Shown here one piece after another: positions 1 to 9,036 of a DNA stretch of 64,000 nucleotides. The stretch covers positions 5,472,001 to 5,536,000 of the forward strand of contig OY760175.1 of the NCBI GenBank assembly GCA_963663165.1. Reading direction: 5' to 3'. Under the pieces are notes generated by a model that did not search any database, had not been told where the DNA came from, and saw only the letters and a program-made list of their open reading frames with translations. The stretch is from an uncultured Desulfospira sp. (lineage in GTDB: Bacteria > Desulfobacterota > Desulfobacteria > Desulfobacterales > Desulfobacteraceae). Positions within the stretch are counted from its first letter, which is position 1. Each line of letters opens with the position of its first letter. A program made the position numbers and the translations under genes.

Positions 1-42
1 GTCATGTTGGCGCATTCGAACACGGATTTCTGGACCCGGGTC
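1..42 (-). pseudogene. cas2: Headless second cas2 fragment (TRVQKSVFECANMT...), runs off the left edge of the window
   Basis: 39/42 nt identical to 974-1015 inside the intact cas2, and all 3 differences are synonymous. Upstream the frame reaches a TGA after about 7 codons with no start codon. Confidence 0.8.
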
Positions 43-70
43 TCATCTATGTCAATATGATCTCAAATCT

Positions 71-526
71 TTAACTGCCCCCCGTTTTTTCCCCAAGGTT
101 ATTAATAGCCAGTGTTTGGATTGAAGGGATGTTCGGAAGCCTGATGTCATTGGTTAAAAAATATGTGGCTCCGGACTGAAGGGCCGTACCGATTTGGATA
201 GCATCCGGTGTTCGGATATTGTGGGATGCCCTGAGCGTGGCAGCCTGTTCGGCAATCTCGGAGGATACATCCATGGTGATTAAGCCGGAATTCAGCAGAA
301 TATCACGATATTCTGAAGCTATTTCTGTATTGTTGCTTCGCATTGGATGCACAAGCACTTCCAATAATGTAACGGTAGATGTAACAACCCGAAAGTCGCC
401 TTTATCCATTGCTTCAAAAAACGGCTTTACAATATCAATGTAAACAGGGTGTTCTTCAATAAAATAAATTAAGGGGGCAGTATCAAGACCCACGGTCTTT
501 CCTTGAAGTTTTTCTATCCATTCCAT
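71..526 (-). CDS. vapC: PIN-domain (VapC-like) ribonuclease toxin
   Basis: PIN motifs: LDTAPLIY, TLLEVL, RTPDAIQIGTA, FLTND. Confidence 0.9.
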   Translation of the reverse strand: MEWIEKLQGKTVGLDTAPLIYFIEEHPVYIDIVKPFFEAMDKGDFRVVTSTVTLLEVLVHPMRSNNTEIASEYRDILLNSGLITMDVSSEIAEQAATLRASHNIRTPDAIQIGTALQSGATYFLTNDIRLPNIPSIQTLAINNLGEKTGGS

Positions 527-735
527 GAGGACCTTTCCCGGTCGATGTATGAATTAACGTCTATCCCTTTCCAGATATGCTTGCCTTTGCCCTTAAGTTC
601 CAAAATACTCCGTGATCTGTTTTTGCCGGCATTTTCACGGATCAGTACCACCATGTCTTCCAGGAGACGCAACTGATCTGCCAGATCCAGTGTCTTTATT
701 TCGGATATGACTTGCTGATAATTTGCCTGAGCCAT
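514..735 (-). CDS. Putative antitoxin of the PIN toxin
   Basis: 73 aa, directly upstream of and overlapping the PIN gene; C-terminus LKGKGKHIW...ERSSW is typical of small VapB-type partners; GGAG RBS. Confidence 0.75.
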   Translation of the reverse strand: MAQANYQQVISEIKTLDLADQLRLLEDMVVLIRENAGKNRSRSILELKGKGKHIWKGIDVNSYIDRERSSWNG

Positions 736-813
736 GGTTTATCTCCCTGCTTTTTTAATACATGTTTATTATTTGTACGCCGATTACCCAAAAGAATCAA
801 ATCCTTCATCCTT

Positions 814-1092
814 TCATGACACGGAATAGGCCTTTGTATTGGGCAGATTCCCGGTGCCGGAGAATTCAACATGCCCGACACAATGCCTGCAAAGCGGGTA
901 ATACCGGATGGTATCCTCGCCATGGTCAATGACCTCTTCCAGGTCAGACTGCATCTTCATAAATTTATATTCGGTCATGTTGGCACATTCGAATACAGAT
1001 TTCTGGACCCGGGTCCCGTACCCTTTCAGGATTTTCACTACCCGGTACCGGACCCGGTTGTCAACTATGTCAAAGCAGACCAGGAAAAACAT
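814..1092 (-). CDS. cas2: CRISPR-associated endonuclease Cas2
   Basis: 92 aa; LVCFDI...R...K.LKGYG.RVQKSVFEC motif. Confidence 0.95.
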   Translation of the reverse strand: MFFLVCFDIVDNRVRYRVVKILKGYGTRVQKSVFECANMTEYKFMKMQSDLEEVIDHGEDTIRYYPLCRHCVGHVEFSGTGNLPNTKAYSVS

Positions 1093-1098
1093 GAAAGT

Positions 1099-1488
1099 TT
1101 ATTCCCCGTATTTCCGGAATCGGCAGAACCGGAATTCATGCTCCATCTTAACGGTCCCATCAGGCAGGCGGGTTTCTCTTGCCTTTCTGCCGGTGGTGGC
1201 ATGGATCGGAACAAGGCCAAGCTTAAACGCATAATTGACCATCAGGTAAGCGGCCCCGAAATCCCCCTGAATTAAGACCAGGTCTCCTTTTTTCCCCTCC
1301 CGGCCGACCCATTTGCGAAAGGGTTTGGTCCAGGACAACAGGGACTTTGTTTGAGAAGGGACCTGAGCCCAGGCTTCTTTCAGATCATCGGGCATCACAA
1401 TAAAGCGGCATGGACCAAAATGTTCTTTAGCCCACTCTTTTTGCTCCGGTGCAAGCGTGTGGTTGAATATGAGAAGAAAGTTTTTCAT
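1099..1488 (-). CDS. csx20: CRISPR-associated Csx20-family protein (probable cOA ring nuclease)
   Basis: 129 aa; FNHTL..EQ, W.QVP, LIQGDFG, ATT.R, K.HEF.F.RFR.Y motifs; located in a type III operon. Confidence 0.8.
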   Translation of the reverse strand: MKNFLLIFNHTLAPEQKEWAKEHFGPCRFIVMPDDLKEAWAQVPSQTKSLLSWTKPFRKWVGREGKKGDLVLIQGDFGAAYLMVNYAFKLGLVPIHATTGRKARETRLPDGTVKMEHEFRFCRFRKYGE

Positions 1489-3737
1489 TCGTTTAACTCG
1501 TCAATAATAAGGTCTATTGTATCTTGATCCAGATTTGAACTTTTAACTGCATGGATAAAGTCGTTTTTAGGAGGCCACACTCTGATTTTGCACTGTTTTA
1601 TCCAGTAATCACAGTTGTCTTCTGTAATACCCTCATTCCCAAAAAGGTCTGCCCAGGTATATTTCAAGGGTTCCAGGTAGCGGGGAATACCGTCCGCCGG
1701 AACAACTGAATCATACAGTTTTTTTAGGATAGTATCGAATAACTCCTGAAATGCCGAGTGTGATCTGTCAATATCGTTTCCCATTTTTTTGATACAGGGC
1801 TCGATAATTGGTTTTTTCGGACTGTCCAACCCGTTTATATATTTTGCTGCAATCAATGGATTGGCACAGAATTTTTGATAAAATTCAAGAAAATCGGAAT
1901 TAAAAGCATCTGTTTCAAGAAAAAATTCTAACGCAGAATTAAAATTTTCAATCTCCTTGTTGTTAGTGTAGTAATTTTTAAGGTCATCCGGGCTTTTTTC
2001 CCTGATCTTACATAGGTAATCGTCACGGGACATTGTTGAAAAAATCTGGATACCCTGCAACTTAGAGTATTGAAGCAGGTTCTCCTCATTTTTTGCTTGT
2101 GCAAATTCGGTCAATTCCATGTAGGCAAGCTCAGAATTGCCGGAATTATTCTGTTCTTTTGCCATTGTCAATAATTCAAGAATCTGCTTGGACCCGGCCC
2201 AGTTAAGGTTCAGTTTTGATTCAATGTCTTTGACAAAAGTGCTCATATAAGTCTCTTTGTCGTGTTTCAGGCCTTCGGGAGATACTTCAATTTTTATTTT
2301 ACCAAAACCCAGGGGCTTGCCCATACCGATGGAGTGAAAAAGCTGGTCATTGTTACCGTGGAACGTAAGTGCGGAAAAAAGGGCCCCGATTTCCACCGGC
2401 CGAAGATTATGAAACCGAATTGGGCAATCAAAAACAACACCGGCATCAAGAGGAGTAAATTCTGTGCTTACGTTCTCGGCCCCCGGGTTAAAATTGACCG
2501 GGGGATTCTTGTGAACAGGATATCGTTTCCGGCCGGAAAGCTGCAGGTCCTTGGAGTGATACCCGTCTTTGCCCTTGATATAGGTCGGATAATATGAAGG
2601 TTTCGGAGAGCCAAGAACTGCATTTACCGGCGCCAACGGATTTGCCGTATCAGGCCGGGCAAACGCCGGAGAGAAATATACCCTTCCTTTTAAGAGAATT
2701 TTTTTGGTGCAGACCCCGAACATGGATTCAGCCAGATCAAAAGCTTCGGAGCGGTGATCGCCCCCGAGGTTTTCAACGGCCTGTTCGATGCCGTGCGGAT
2801 AAGGCAATTTATACAGGTACGAAAGACCAAAATGCAAAACTTCTCCATTACTATTTTTTTTAAAAAATACGGGAATTGACTCTCCGGCATGCAATTTTGT
2901 TTTCCAATATTGCCAGTCCGGAGATTCATTTCTCAGGTCTCCATCGTAATATGCATACCTGAAATTGTTGAATACTTTTTCAGATACAGGAAGAGTTTGG
3001 GAATTTTCCTGTTCCTCAAAAATGAATTCCAGATGCTTGCCTTTCCCTTCTTTCTCGTTTCTTTTGCCGGGCTGCCCAGTTACCACTAATTTGCCTTTAA
3101 GATTATTACCATTATCAGAGAATTCGAATCTTTCAGGACCTTCTCCTGCGTTTTTAATGACATTAAAAGAATAAATCGTATGGATATTGAATCCATTATT
3201 TTCCAAATCCTTTATTTTTCTTTCTGCTTTTTTATACTCAGCGTTAAAATTATTACTGAATATTTCAAAGAACTCCGTTCCCCACTTCTCATCAATACTT
3301 CTGTGGCTTATGCGTTTTGGTTCCCCGCACTCTTTTATCTCATATTTTTCAGGATCATCAGGGGACATTTGCAGCCAGCCACAACTAACACCTCTTATGG
3401 CATTCAGATATTTTTGATTTCTAAGATCCCTGAAGGTCGGTGTCCATTTGGTGACATTCCCTATTTTTGCAAAACTCATAATCTCCAGAACTGAGCGAAC
3501 CATGCCTTTGACAGAGGTCCCTGGAATAAAGTACCGGCCGTCAATGTTGGAAAATTCAGTATTGTCTTCCCCGGAAGATCCATTCCGGACAAAAACAGGG
3601 GAATGGGCCGTGAGGGTCACCCGGATTGTTCCGCTTTCACCGTCTGAAAAAGGCACATCATGGGAAATCATATCAGACCAGTCGGGGAAATAGACCTTGT
3701 CATGAATTGGTACAAAATTATACGGTGCTTTAATCAT
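1485..3737 (-). CDS. cas7: Type III-D Cas7 with large insertion (TIGR03986-like RAMP) and a C-terminal extension
   Basis: Starts MIKAPYNFVP; IPGTSVKGMVRS, LGSPKPSYYPTY, GRKRYP and G-rich loop IGMGKPLGFG; start chosen at the ATG overlapping the csx19 stop. Confidence 0.9.
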   Translation of the reverse strand: MIKAPYNFVPIHDKVYFPDWSDMISHDVPFSDGESGTIRVTLTAHSPVFVRNGSSGEDNTEFSNIDGRYFIPGTSVKGMVRSVLEIMSFAKIGNVTKWTPTFRDLRNQKYLNAIRGVSCGWLQMSPDDPEKYEIKECGEPKRISHRSIDEKWGTEFFEIFSNNFNAEYKKAERKIKDLENNGFNIHTIYSFNVIKNAGEGPERFEFSDNGNNLKGKLVVTGQPGKRNEKEGKGKHLEFIFEEQENSQTLPVSEKVFNNFRYAYYDGDLRNESPDWQYWKTKLHAGESIPVFFKKNSNGEVLHFGLSYLYKLPYPHGIEQAVENLGGDHRSEAFDLAESMFGVCTKKILLKGRVYFSPAFARPDTANPLAPVNAVLGSPKPSYYPTYIKGKDGYHSKDLQLSGRKRYPVHKNPPVNFNPGAENVSTEFTPLDAGVVFDCPIRFHNLRPVEIGALFSALTFHGNNDQLFHSIGMGKPLGFGKIKIEVSPEGLKHDKETYMSTFVKDIESKLNLNWAGSKQILELLTMAKEQNNSGNSELAYMELTEFAQAKNEENLLQYSKLQGIQIFSTMSRDDYLCKIREKSPDDLKNYYTNNKEIENFNSALEFFLETDAFNSDFLEFYQKFCANPLIAAKYINGLDSPKKPIIEPCIKKMGNDIDRSHSAFQELFDTILKKLYDSVVPADGIPRYLEPLKYTWADLFGNEGITEDNCDYWIKQCKIRVWPPKNDFIHAVKSSNLDQDTIDLIIDELNE

Positions 3738-4173
3738 TGTCTGTCTCCTTTCCAAATCCGATAAATCCGACAGGTCCAGGGACAAGGACTGCCATGCCCC
3801 CGCAGTTTTCCAGGTTTTGTTCCTGCCAGTATCGCCTGAAGTGCAATGTTCTTATTCCGGATTTTTTAAACAAAGATCCGGCCAGATAAGTGTACGGTTC
3901 CTCTGTGATGACATCTTCCGGTGTATCCGGTAACCAGGACATTCTGTAAATATGGTACTGTCCGTCAATGTGCCGGATGGAGATACTGGCATTATCTTTT
4001 GCCGAAAACAGGTGCCCTTCAATGATAAACGGGTTCAATACCGGTGTGTAAGTTAGAGGTTGATTTTGCAGGATGACCGGATGGTCGGCATCAGACAGCC
4101 AGTAATAGCCTGTGTACGTCCCTGTGGATATCAGATCCGAAAGTTGAATTTTTTCGCAATTAATATTCTGCAT
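3730..4173 (-). CDS. csx19: Type III-D Csx19-like subunit
   Basis: 147 aa between two RAMP genes; YTGYYWLSD, FIIEG.L, F..YW and terminal FIGF motifs. Confidence 0.8.
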   Translation of the reverse strand: MQNINCEKIQLSDLISTGTYTGYYWLSDADHPVILQNQPLTYTPVLNPFIIEGHLFSAKDNASISIRHIDGQYHIYRMSWLPDTPEDVITEEPYTYLAGSLFKKSGIRTLHFRRYWQEQNLENCGGMAVLVPGPVGFIGFGKETDND

Positions 4174-4175
4174 GG

Positions 4176-5561
4176 CTAAACCTCCTCCCAGGTTCCATTA
4201 AAAGCACCATGGCCCCTCATGGAGCCGCCCCCCAGAGGAAGGAATCCCCGGGTTAAGTCATCCAGTGTTTTTTCCAGGGCTGATTTAATCGTCTCGTCTG
4301 AAAGAACCGCTTTTTTCACCAAAATTTTCATGCAGGGAAGAGAAGTGGAACCGGCAATCACCTTTTCATCAAAAAGTGCCCCGTCCCGGCTTCCACCGGT
4401 AAAACGGTCAATGGAGACATGGTTTAAAATTTTTGTGGACGCGTCGTCCATATAAAGGTCCGAAAAAATGACATTTCCTCTTGAAATTAATATGTTCCCC
4501 GGATCAATTAAGTTGTCCTCCTCGGACAGGGTACAGCCGAACAGCTCTCTGACGGCTTTATTGTTCCCGTTGATATGCTTTTGGATGTTGTCTGTCTGAT
4601 CAGCAAACACGCCGGAAAGCCGGTTGTAATGATACGCCACCCTGTGGGCAATGGTCCCTTTTACAGCAGATGCAGGGATCAGTACTTTTCTGGGAGAAAA
4701 AACAGGGATATGGTCCTGCCAGACAACGCACTCCTCGTATACCGGAGTGATGTCTGTCTGATCGTCACCAAATCCGGACCCGAAATACCAAAAATTTTCC
4801 GGAGCCAGTTCAAGGCGGTACTCGACCCATTCTCCACCTCTTCTTGCTTCCGGAGAATAAGGTTCCAGTCCTGCGGAATCATTCAAAGATGAGGTTTTCT
4901 TTAAATATTTGCGCCGTTGCTCCGGGTCTTTCAGATCAAAGACGTTTTCCATCCAGGATATAACGGCAAGATGGCCGAATCCCCGGCGCGTTCCTCCGCC
5001 CACCCTTAATTGCGCGTCCAAAAAAATTTGCCTGATTGTTTCCCACTGCCCGGCGTCGTCACGGTTTCCCACCAGTTCAAATTCACACTTGAACCGGGTC
5101 CCTGCGTACACCACTTGTTCATCGAATTTGCCCCGCGTTTCAGGGTCTGTCCCCCCGGTATGTGAAATTTTGACATGCTGTCGTATGGGCAGGCTTTGAA
5201 ACCTGGCGTAAAAGTCATCTTCCCAGTCAATGGGTACCAGTCCTTCGACCGCCTTCCCGTCTTTGCCCACAAAAACGGCATCACTGAAAATTAACCGGGA
5301 GCCACAACCCTCTTTTTTTTGTTCATCCTGAAATCCAAAAATCTGATTCAGATTTTTTTCATCAAGCCTACCAAAAGCTGCGCGCAGGACACCGGCAAGA
5401 GAAGACCCGGGTATGACGGGCAGGCCGTTGGCATCTTTTAAAATAACGGCGTCTGTCAGAATGTCATTCTCCCCGGAGGAGACTGCCAAGGGAGTCATAG
5501 ATTCAAGTGTAACCTGGGCTGTATATCGCAGAGGATAATCTTCAAATCTTATAGTTTTCAT
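4176..5561 (-). CDS. cas7: Tandem Cas7-Cas7 RAMP fusion
   Basis: Two RAMP domains: IPGSSLAGVLR...VGGGTRRGFG and IPASAVKG..AHR...NHVSIDRFTGG...LGGGSMRGHG. Confidence 0.9.
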   Translation of the reverse strand: MKTIRFEDYPLRYTAQVTLESMTPLAVSSGENDILTDAVILKDANGLPVIPGSSLAGVLRAAFGRLDEKNLNQIFGFQDEQKKEGCGSRLIFSDAVFVGKDGKAVEGLVPIDWEDDFYARFQSLPIRQHVKISHTGGTDPETRGKFDEQVVYAGTRFKCEFELVGNRDDAGQWETIRQIFLDAQLRVGGGTRRGFGHLAVISWMENVFDLKDPEQRRKYLKKTSSLNDSAGLEPYSPEARRGGEWVEYRLELAPENFWYFGSGFGDDQTDITPVYEECVVWQDHIPVFSPRKVLIPASAVKGTIAHRVAYHYNRLSGVFADQTDNIQKHINGNNKAVRELFGCTLSEEDNLIDPGNILISRGNVIFSDLYMDDASTKILNHVSIDRFTGGSRDGALFDEKVIAGSTSLPCMKILVKKAVLSDETIKSALEKTLDDLTRGFLPLGGGSMRGHGAFNGTWEEV

Positions 5562-5562
5562 T

Positions 5563-7023
5563 TTATTTCCCCTTTATTTTCTGGATTTCAGTTGCCGCTT
5601 TAATCAGGAACAGCCGGGCGGATCCCATGGGCAGATCCCGATGAAGTTCCTGCATCTTATCTTCCAGAATATCCCAATGATTTCGCCAGCTTTTTTCGCT
5701 TTTTCCATGGCGTAAAAATCCTGTTTCCGGGGTAAACAAAGAATTCATAAGCCGTTCAAAATCCGGTTCCCGCTGGGCCCTCTCCCGTAAGGCACCCCAC
5801 TGGCTGGAAGTTATCCCCCTAAACCGTGTCCTGTGTTTTTTTAGAAAACTCGACACCTGGTTTATTATCCGGTAGTGATTGTCTATATCTTGTTTTTTGC
5901 TGTTCAGCCATTGGATGGTATTTTCATCAGATCGGTCCTGAGTTTTAACAGATACAGGTTCACGGTCAATCTCACGTTCCAATATTTTAAGGGTGGTATC
6001 TTCCTTTATATTTAAAAACCCGGGATTGATGATAACGGCGCCAAACCCTTCTGTTCTGAACAGACCAATTCCCTGACGGATTTGTTTCGACCAGACATTC
6101 AGGTCCAGATTCTGATCATAATCCCTGATCAGGATCACGCTTCCCTTGTCTATAAACACACGGTCCTGATCCCGCCCCCTTCGCTTGCCGTTCCAGGGGG
6201 CAAAACTGCGGTGGCGGATCTGGGATGCCGTCCAGTCAATTTGGCCTGAACTCAAACCAAAATCTGATACTTCGGGCTGAACCGTCCAGTTTCCCCGTGG
6301 ATCCAGGAAGGCGGCCGGACTCTCAAAATAGAGGATCAGCCGGTTGCCTTTCTCTTTTTCAAACGCGCCTGTCTCTGCTGAAAATGAAGGCATTTCCGTA
6401 ATTTCGACACTGCCGTATTGTGCTGTCTTTGACCTGCCGATATGCCGGTCACCAATAATTACTTGATGAATTTTTTCAAGAAGGCCATGATCCTGGCCTG
6501 ATATAGTAAATATCCACTGACTGCCCCGGTTCAAAGAATCATAGCCAAACATCTGTTCATCTTTTGATTTTCTCATATGCATGTCATAGGCAGACTTGAT
6601 TGAAAATTGATGGGGGCTGGATACTTTGAAAAAACAATCATGATCCTGGATAAAAAAACCGGTTCGGACCTGTTTGAGTTGAGGCCCCTTTTCTCTGAAA
6701 AGCTGCCGCTTTTCAGGTGAGATGGCATGATGAATATAGCATTCATCAAGTCTTTCCGAACCTTTGGGATAGTGCCAGGAATATGGCATTTTCAAGCTTC
6801 TTTTACCGTCCACAGCAAGATGGGCATCCCCGAATCTGATGTTCCCAGAGTGAAAAATTTCATAGGCTGTGTCACTGCCGAATTTGTCATAAGATCCGGC
6901 GGCAATTCCCATGAAATTGCTGCCTGGAATATAGTCCAGGGAAACGGAAGCCCCCTCAGTGGCAGTTTTGGCGCTGATGATTATGTCTGACAGAAGCCGG
7001 CATATATAATGTCTTTCAATCAT
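5563..7023 (-). CDS. csx10: Csx10/Cas5-type RAMP with a C-terminal helical Cas11-like domain
   Basis: DYIPGSNFMG, IGRSKTAQYG, GIGLFRTEGFG motifs; final ~110 aa are helical with ITSSQWGALR, resembling small subunits. Confidence 0.75.
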   Translation of the reverse strand: MIERHYICRLLSDIIISAKTATEGASVSLDYIPGSNFMGIAAGSYDKFGSDTAYEIFHSGNIRFGDAHLAVDGKRSLKMPYSWHYPKGSERLDECYIHHAISPEKRQLFREKGPQLKQVRTGFFIQDHDCFFKVSSPHQFSIKSAYDMHMRKSKDEQMFGYDSLNRGSQWIFTISGQDHGLLEKIHQVIIGDRHIGRSKTAQYGSVEITEMPSFSAETGAFEKEKGNRLILYFESPAAFLDPRGNWTVQPEVSDFGLSSGQIDWTASQIRHRSFAPWNGKRRGRDQDRVFIDKGSVILIRDYDQNLDLNVWSKQIRQGIGLFRTEGFGAVIINPGFLNIKEDTTLKILEREIDREPVSVKTQDRSDENTIQWLNSKKQDIDNHYRIINQVSSFLKKHRTRFRGITSSQWGALRERAQREPDFERLMNSLFTPETGFLRHGKSEKSWRNHWDILEDKMQELHRDLPMGSARLFLIKAATEIQKIKGK

Positions 7024-7571
7024 TTTTCATCTCCTTGAATGGTAAATCTGCATCTGCCAAGGCCCCGGTTCCGGCCAAGCCCCATCCGCCTGGTAAAGGC
7101 AAGACAGTCCCTGATTTTATCCATATGCACATCCTTAACCCCTGAGATGCTGAAAAACAGGGATGCCGGGATAGTGGTTTGAATTTTTCTTAATGTTTTA
7201 TTCATGGCAACACCACTCTCATCAATGGCTGTGGATGATATTTTCCTGTATAAGAGGCTGGACATGTCATTTTCTTTAATGGCCTTTTTCAATTTTATGG
7301 TCATTTCCGCATTGGAAAAATGACAATCCCCCTGTCTTGTACCTTCTATGCCAAAGCAGGCGTCAATGAAATCAGTCCATTCCCGGCTGCCGGAAAACGC
7401 AGCCAGGGTTATGGCGCTGTCTTTGAGCAGTCCTTTCAGTGTCTTGCCTGGGATATAAGGGAAATGGTCCATATCTTTCAGCACAAGTGCGTCAAGATCT
7501 GTTCCCGCAGACATGCCGGATCCCGCATGCCAGTCTGAAAAAAAACTAATTTTGCATGTTATTGTCGTCAT
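7020..7571 (-). CDS. cas7: Csm3/Cas7-group RAMP
   Basis: SDWHAGSG...D...PYIPGKTLKGL...MGLGRNRGLGRC; ATG at 7571 follows a GGAG RBS. Confidence 0.9.
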   Translation of the reverse strand: MTTITCKISFFSDWHAGSGMSAGTDLDALVLKDMDHFPYIPGKTLKGLLKDSAITLAAFSGSREWTDFIDACFGIEGTRQGDCHFSNAEMTIKLKKAIKENDMSSLLYRKISSTAIDESGVAMNKTLRKIQTTIPASLFFSISGVKDVHMDKIRDCLAFTRRMGLGRNRGLGRCRFTIQGDEK

Positions 7572-8997
7572 GATCAATCTCCTCCAGGGAACAAATGGCC
7601 AGAACATCATGAAAAATAGTTCTGCCTTTTTTAAACGGGTTTTCAAGACCAAGCTTCATTACATAATTTTCAGAGGTTATTTCCCTGATCCGGGTCAGCA
7701 GAAAATCTGCGTTCCCGGGGTCGTCGTGAAGGGCGGACAGCCATTTGCGCAGCCCGGATTTGGGGGCACCTGGTTCTTTAATAAGCCTGACCTTGTCTTG
7801 CAGTTCTTTAATTGAAATCAATGTATCCGGTACATGGTCATCAATCCCATAGGGGCCGTACTGAAGGGAGTTATCTCCGGCGGTCAGTTCTCTTTTTGTG
7901 ATGGTGGCGTAATCATCTACAAAACTAGAATGTACTTTATGAAACATAAGGCTGGCTGCAACCTGATCCGAGCCTGATTGCCGGGATTTAAGCTTTGCAA
8001 AGGCGCATAACTGCTCCGCCATATCAACACCATAATGGAAAGGAAAGCTGTCCTTAATATAGGCTATGCCGGCACATGCTGTGATCCGGTTTTCCTTGCC
8101 GAAATGAAAGGCTGTCAGGTCCTGGAAATTTTTCAAAAATGATTGTGTGAAGTCCAATGCCAGGTCCGCCCTGCAGATAACAGTCAGGTCATCACCGCCA
8201 AGCACAACCGGTCGAATTTGATATTCTTCTCTATTGTTATTTTGGAAATCTCTTTCTATTACAGCATCAAATGCGGCCTGGGCAGCGCCTATCGTGGATA
8301 GATCCAGTTTTTCCGAAAATTCACTGAACTGTTTGACATTAAATTCATTCCGGGCACTATTCATTCGCTGGATGGTTCTTCCCAGACTGTTACCGTCGGC
8401 GTGGATCACCGCCACCCAGGAATTAACACCTGAAATGTCTTCCATATTTTTTGAAAAATTTTTCCCGGATTCTTTTGCAAGTTTTTGGACCAAGGTCGTC
8501 TGCTCTTTTTCAAATTTAAGTTTTGCCCTGGTGCTGTTATCAAGAAATTCCCGATCAAAATAGACAGCCGATTTACCGGTCCGGGGAGCCCTTGTTATTG
8601 CCAGTCCGGAAACATCCAACTGCGGAAATGCCCGATTCCTTTCTGATTTCAGTTTATCCTCAAGCACATTGATATGAGTACTGGATATCTGATCCCCGGC
8701 TTCGACCTGGGTAAGCTCCACCACCGCCTGGGATATGGTGATGCCCGGTGCTGTTTCCATAACGGTTTTAGGAAACAGGCGGACAAGCTTTTCCAATCCC
8801 TGCCGTTCCTTGGAAAACAGTTTGATATTTCCGGCAGCTTTTAAGAGGATCTCCACGTCATTATCAATGAATTTTTTAAAAAGCCGTGTGGAAATATATT
8901 CCACGATCTCGCTTGCACCAATGACCTCTCTGAGCCGGTCAGTTTCAAATATAAACCCCTGAATCCCCTGAACTGCCGCTCCGTATAAATATCCCAT
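7546..8997 (-). CDS. cas10: Compact Cas10 with palm domains only (no HD nuclease domain)
   Basis: Begins directly with GIQGFIF..L....GASE; contains AVIHADGNSLG and intact VLGGDDL; 483 aa. Confidence 0.92.
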   Translation of the reverse strand: MGYLYGAAVQGIQGFIFETDRLREVIGASEIVEYISTRLFKKFIDNDVEILLKAAGNIKLFSKERQGLEKLVRLFPKTVMETAPGITISQAVVELTQVEAGDQISSTHINVLEDKLKSERNRAFPQLDVSGLAITRAPRTGKSAVYFDREFLDNSTRAKLKFEKEQTTLVQKLAKESGKNFSKNMEDISGVNSWVAVIHADGNSLGRTIQRMNSARNEFNVKQFSEFSEKLDLSTIGAAQAAFDAVIERDFQNNNREEYQIRPVVLGGDDLTVICRADLALDFTQSFLKNFQDLTAFHFGKENRITACAGIAYIKDSFPFHYGVDMAEQLCAFAKLKSRQSGSDQVAASLMFHKVHSSFVDDYATITKRELTAGDNSLQYGPYGIDDHVPDTLISIKELQDKVRLIKEPGAPKSGLRKWLSALHDDPGNADFLLTRIREITSENYVMKLGLENPFKKGRTIFHDVLAICSLEEIDHDDNNMQN

Positions 8998-9036
8998 GAT
9001 GTGCCCTCCTGTTCGGATTTAAAAATGAAAATTCAT

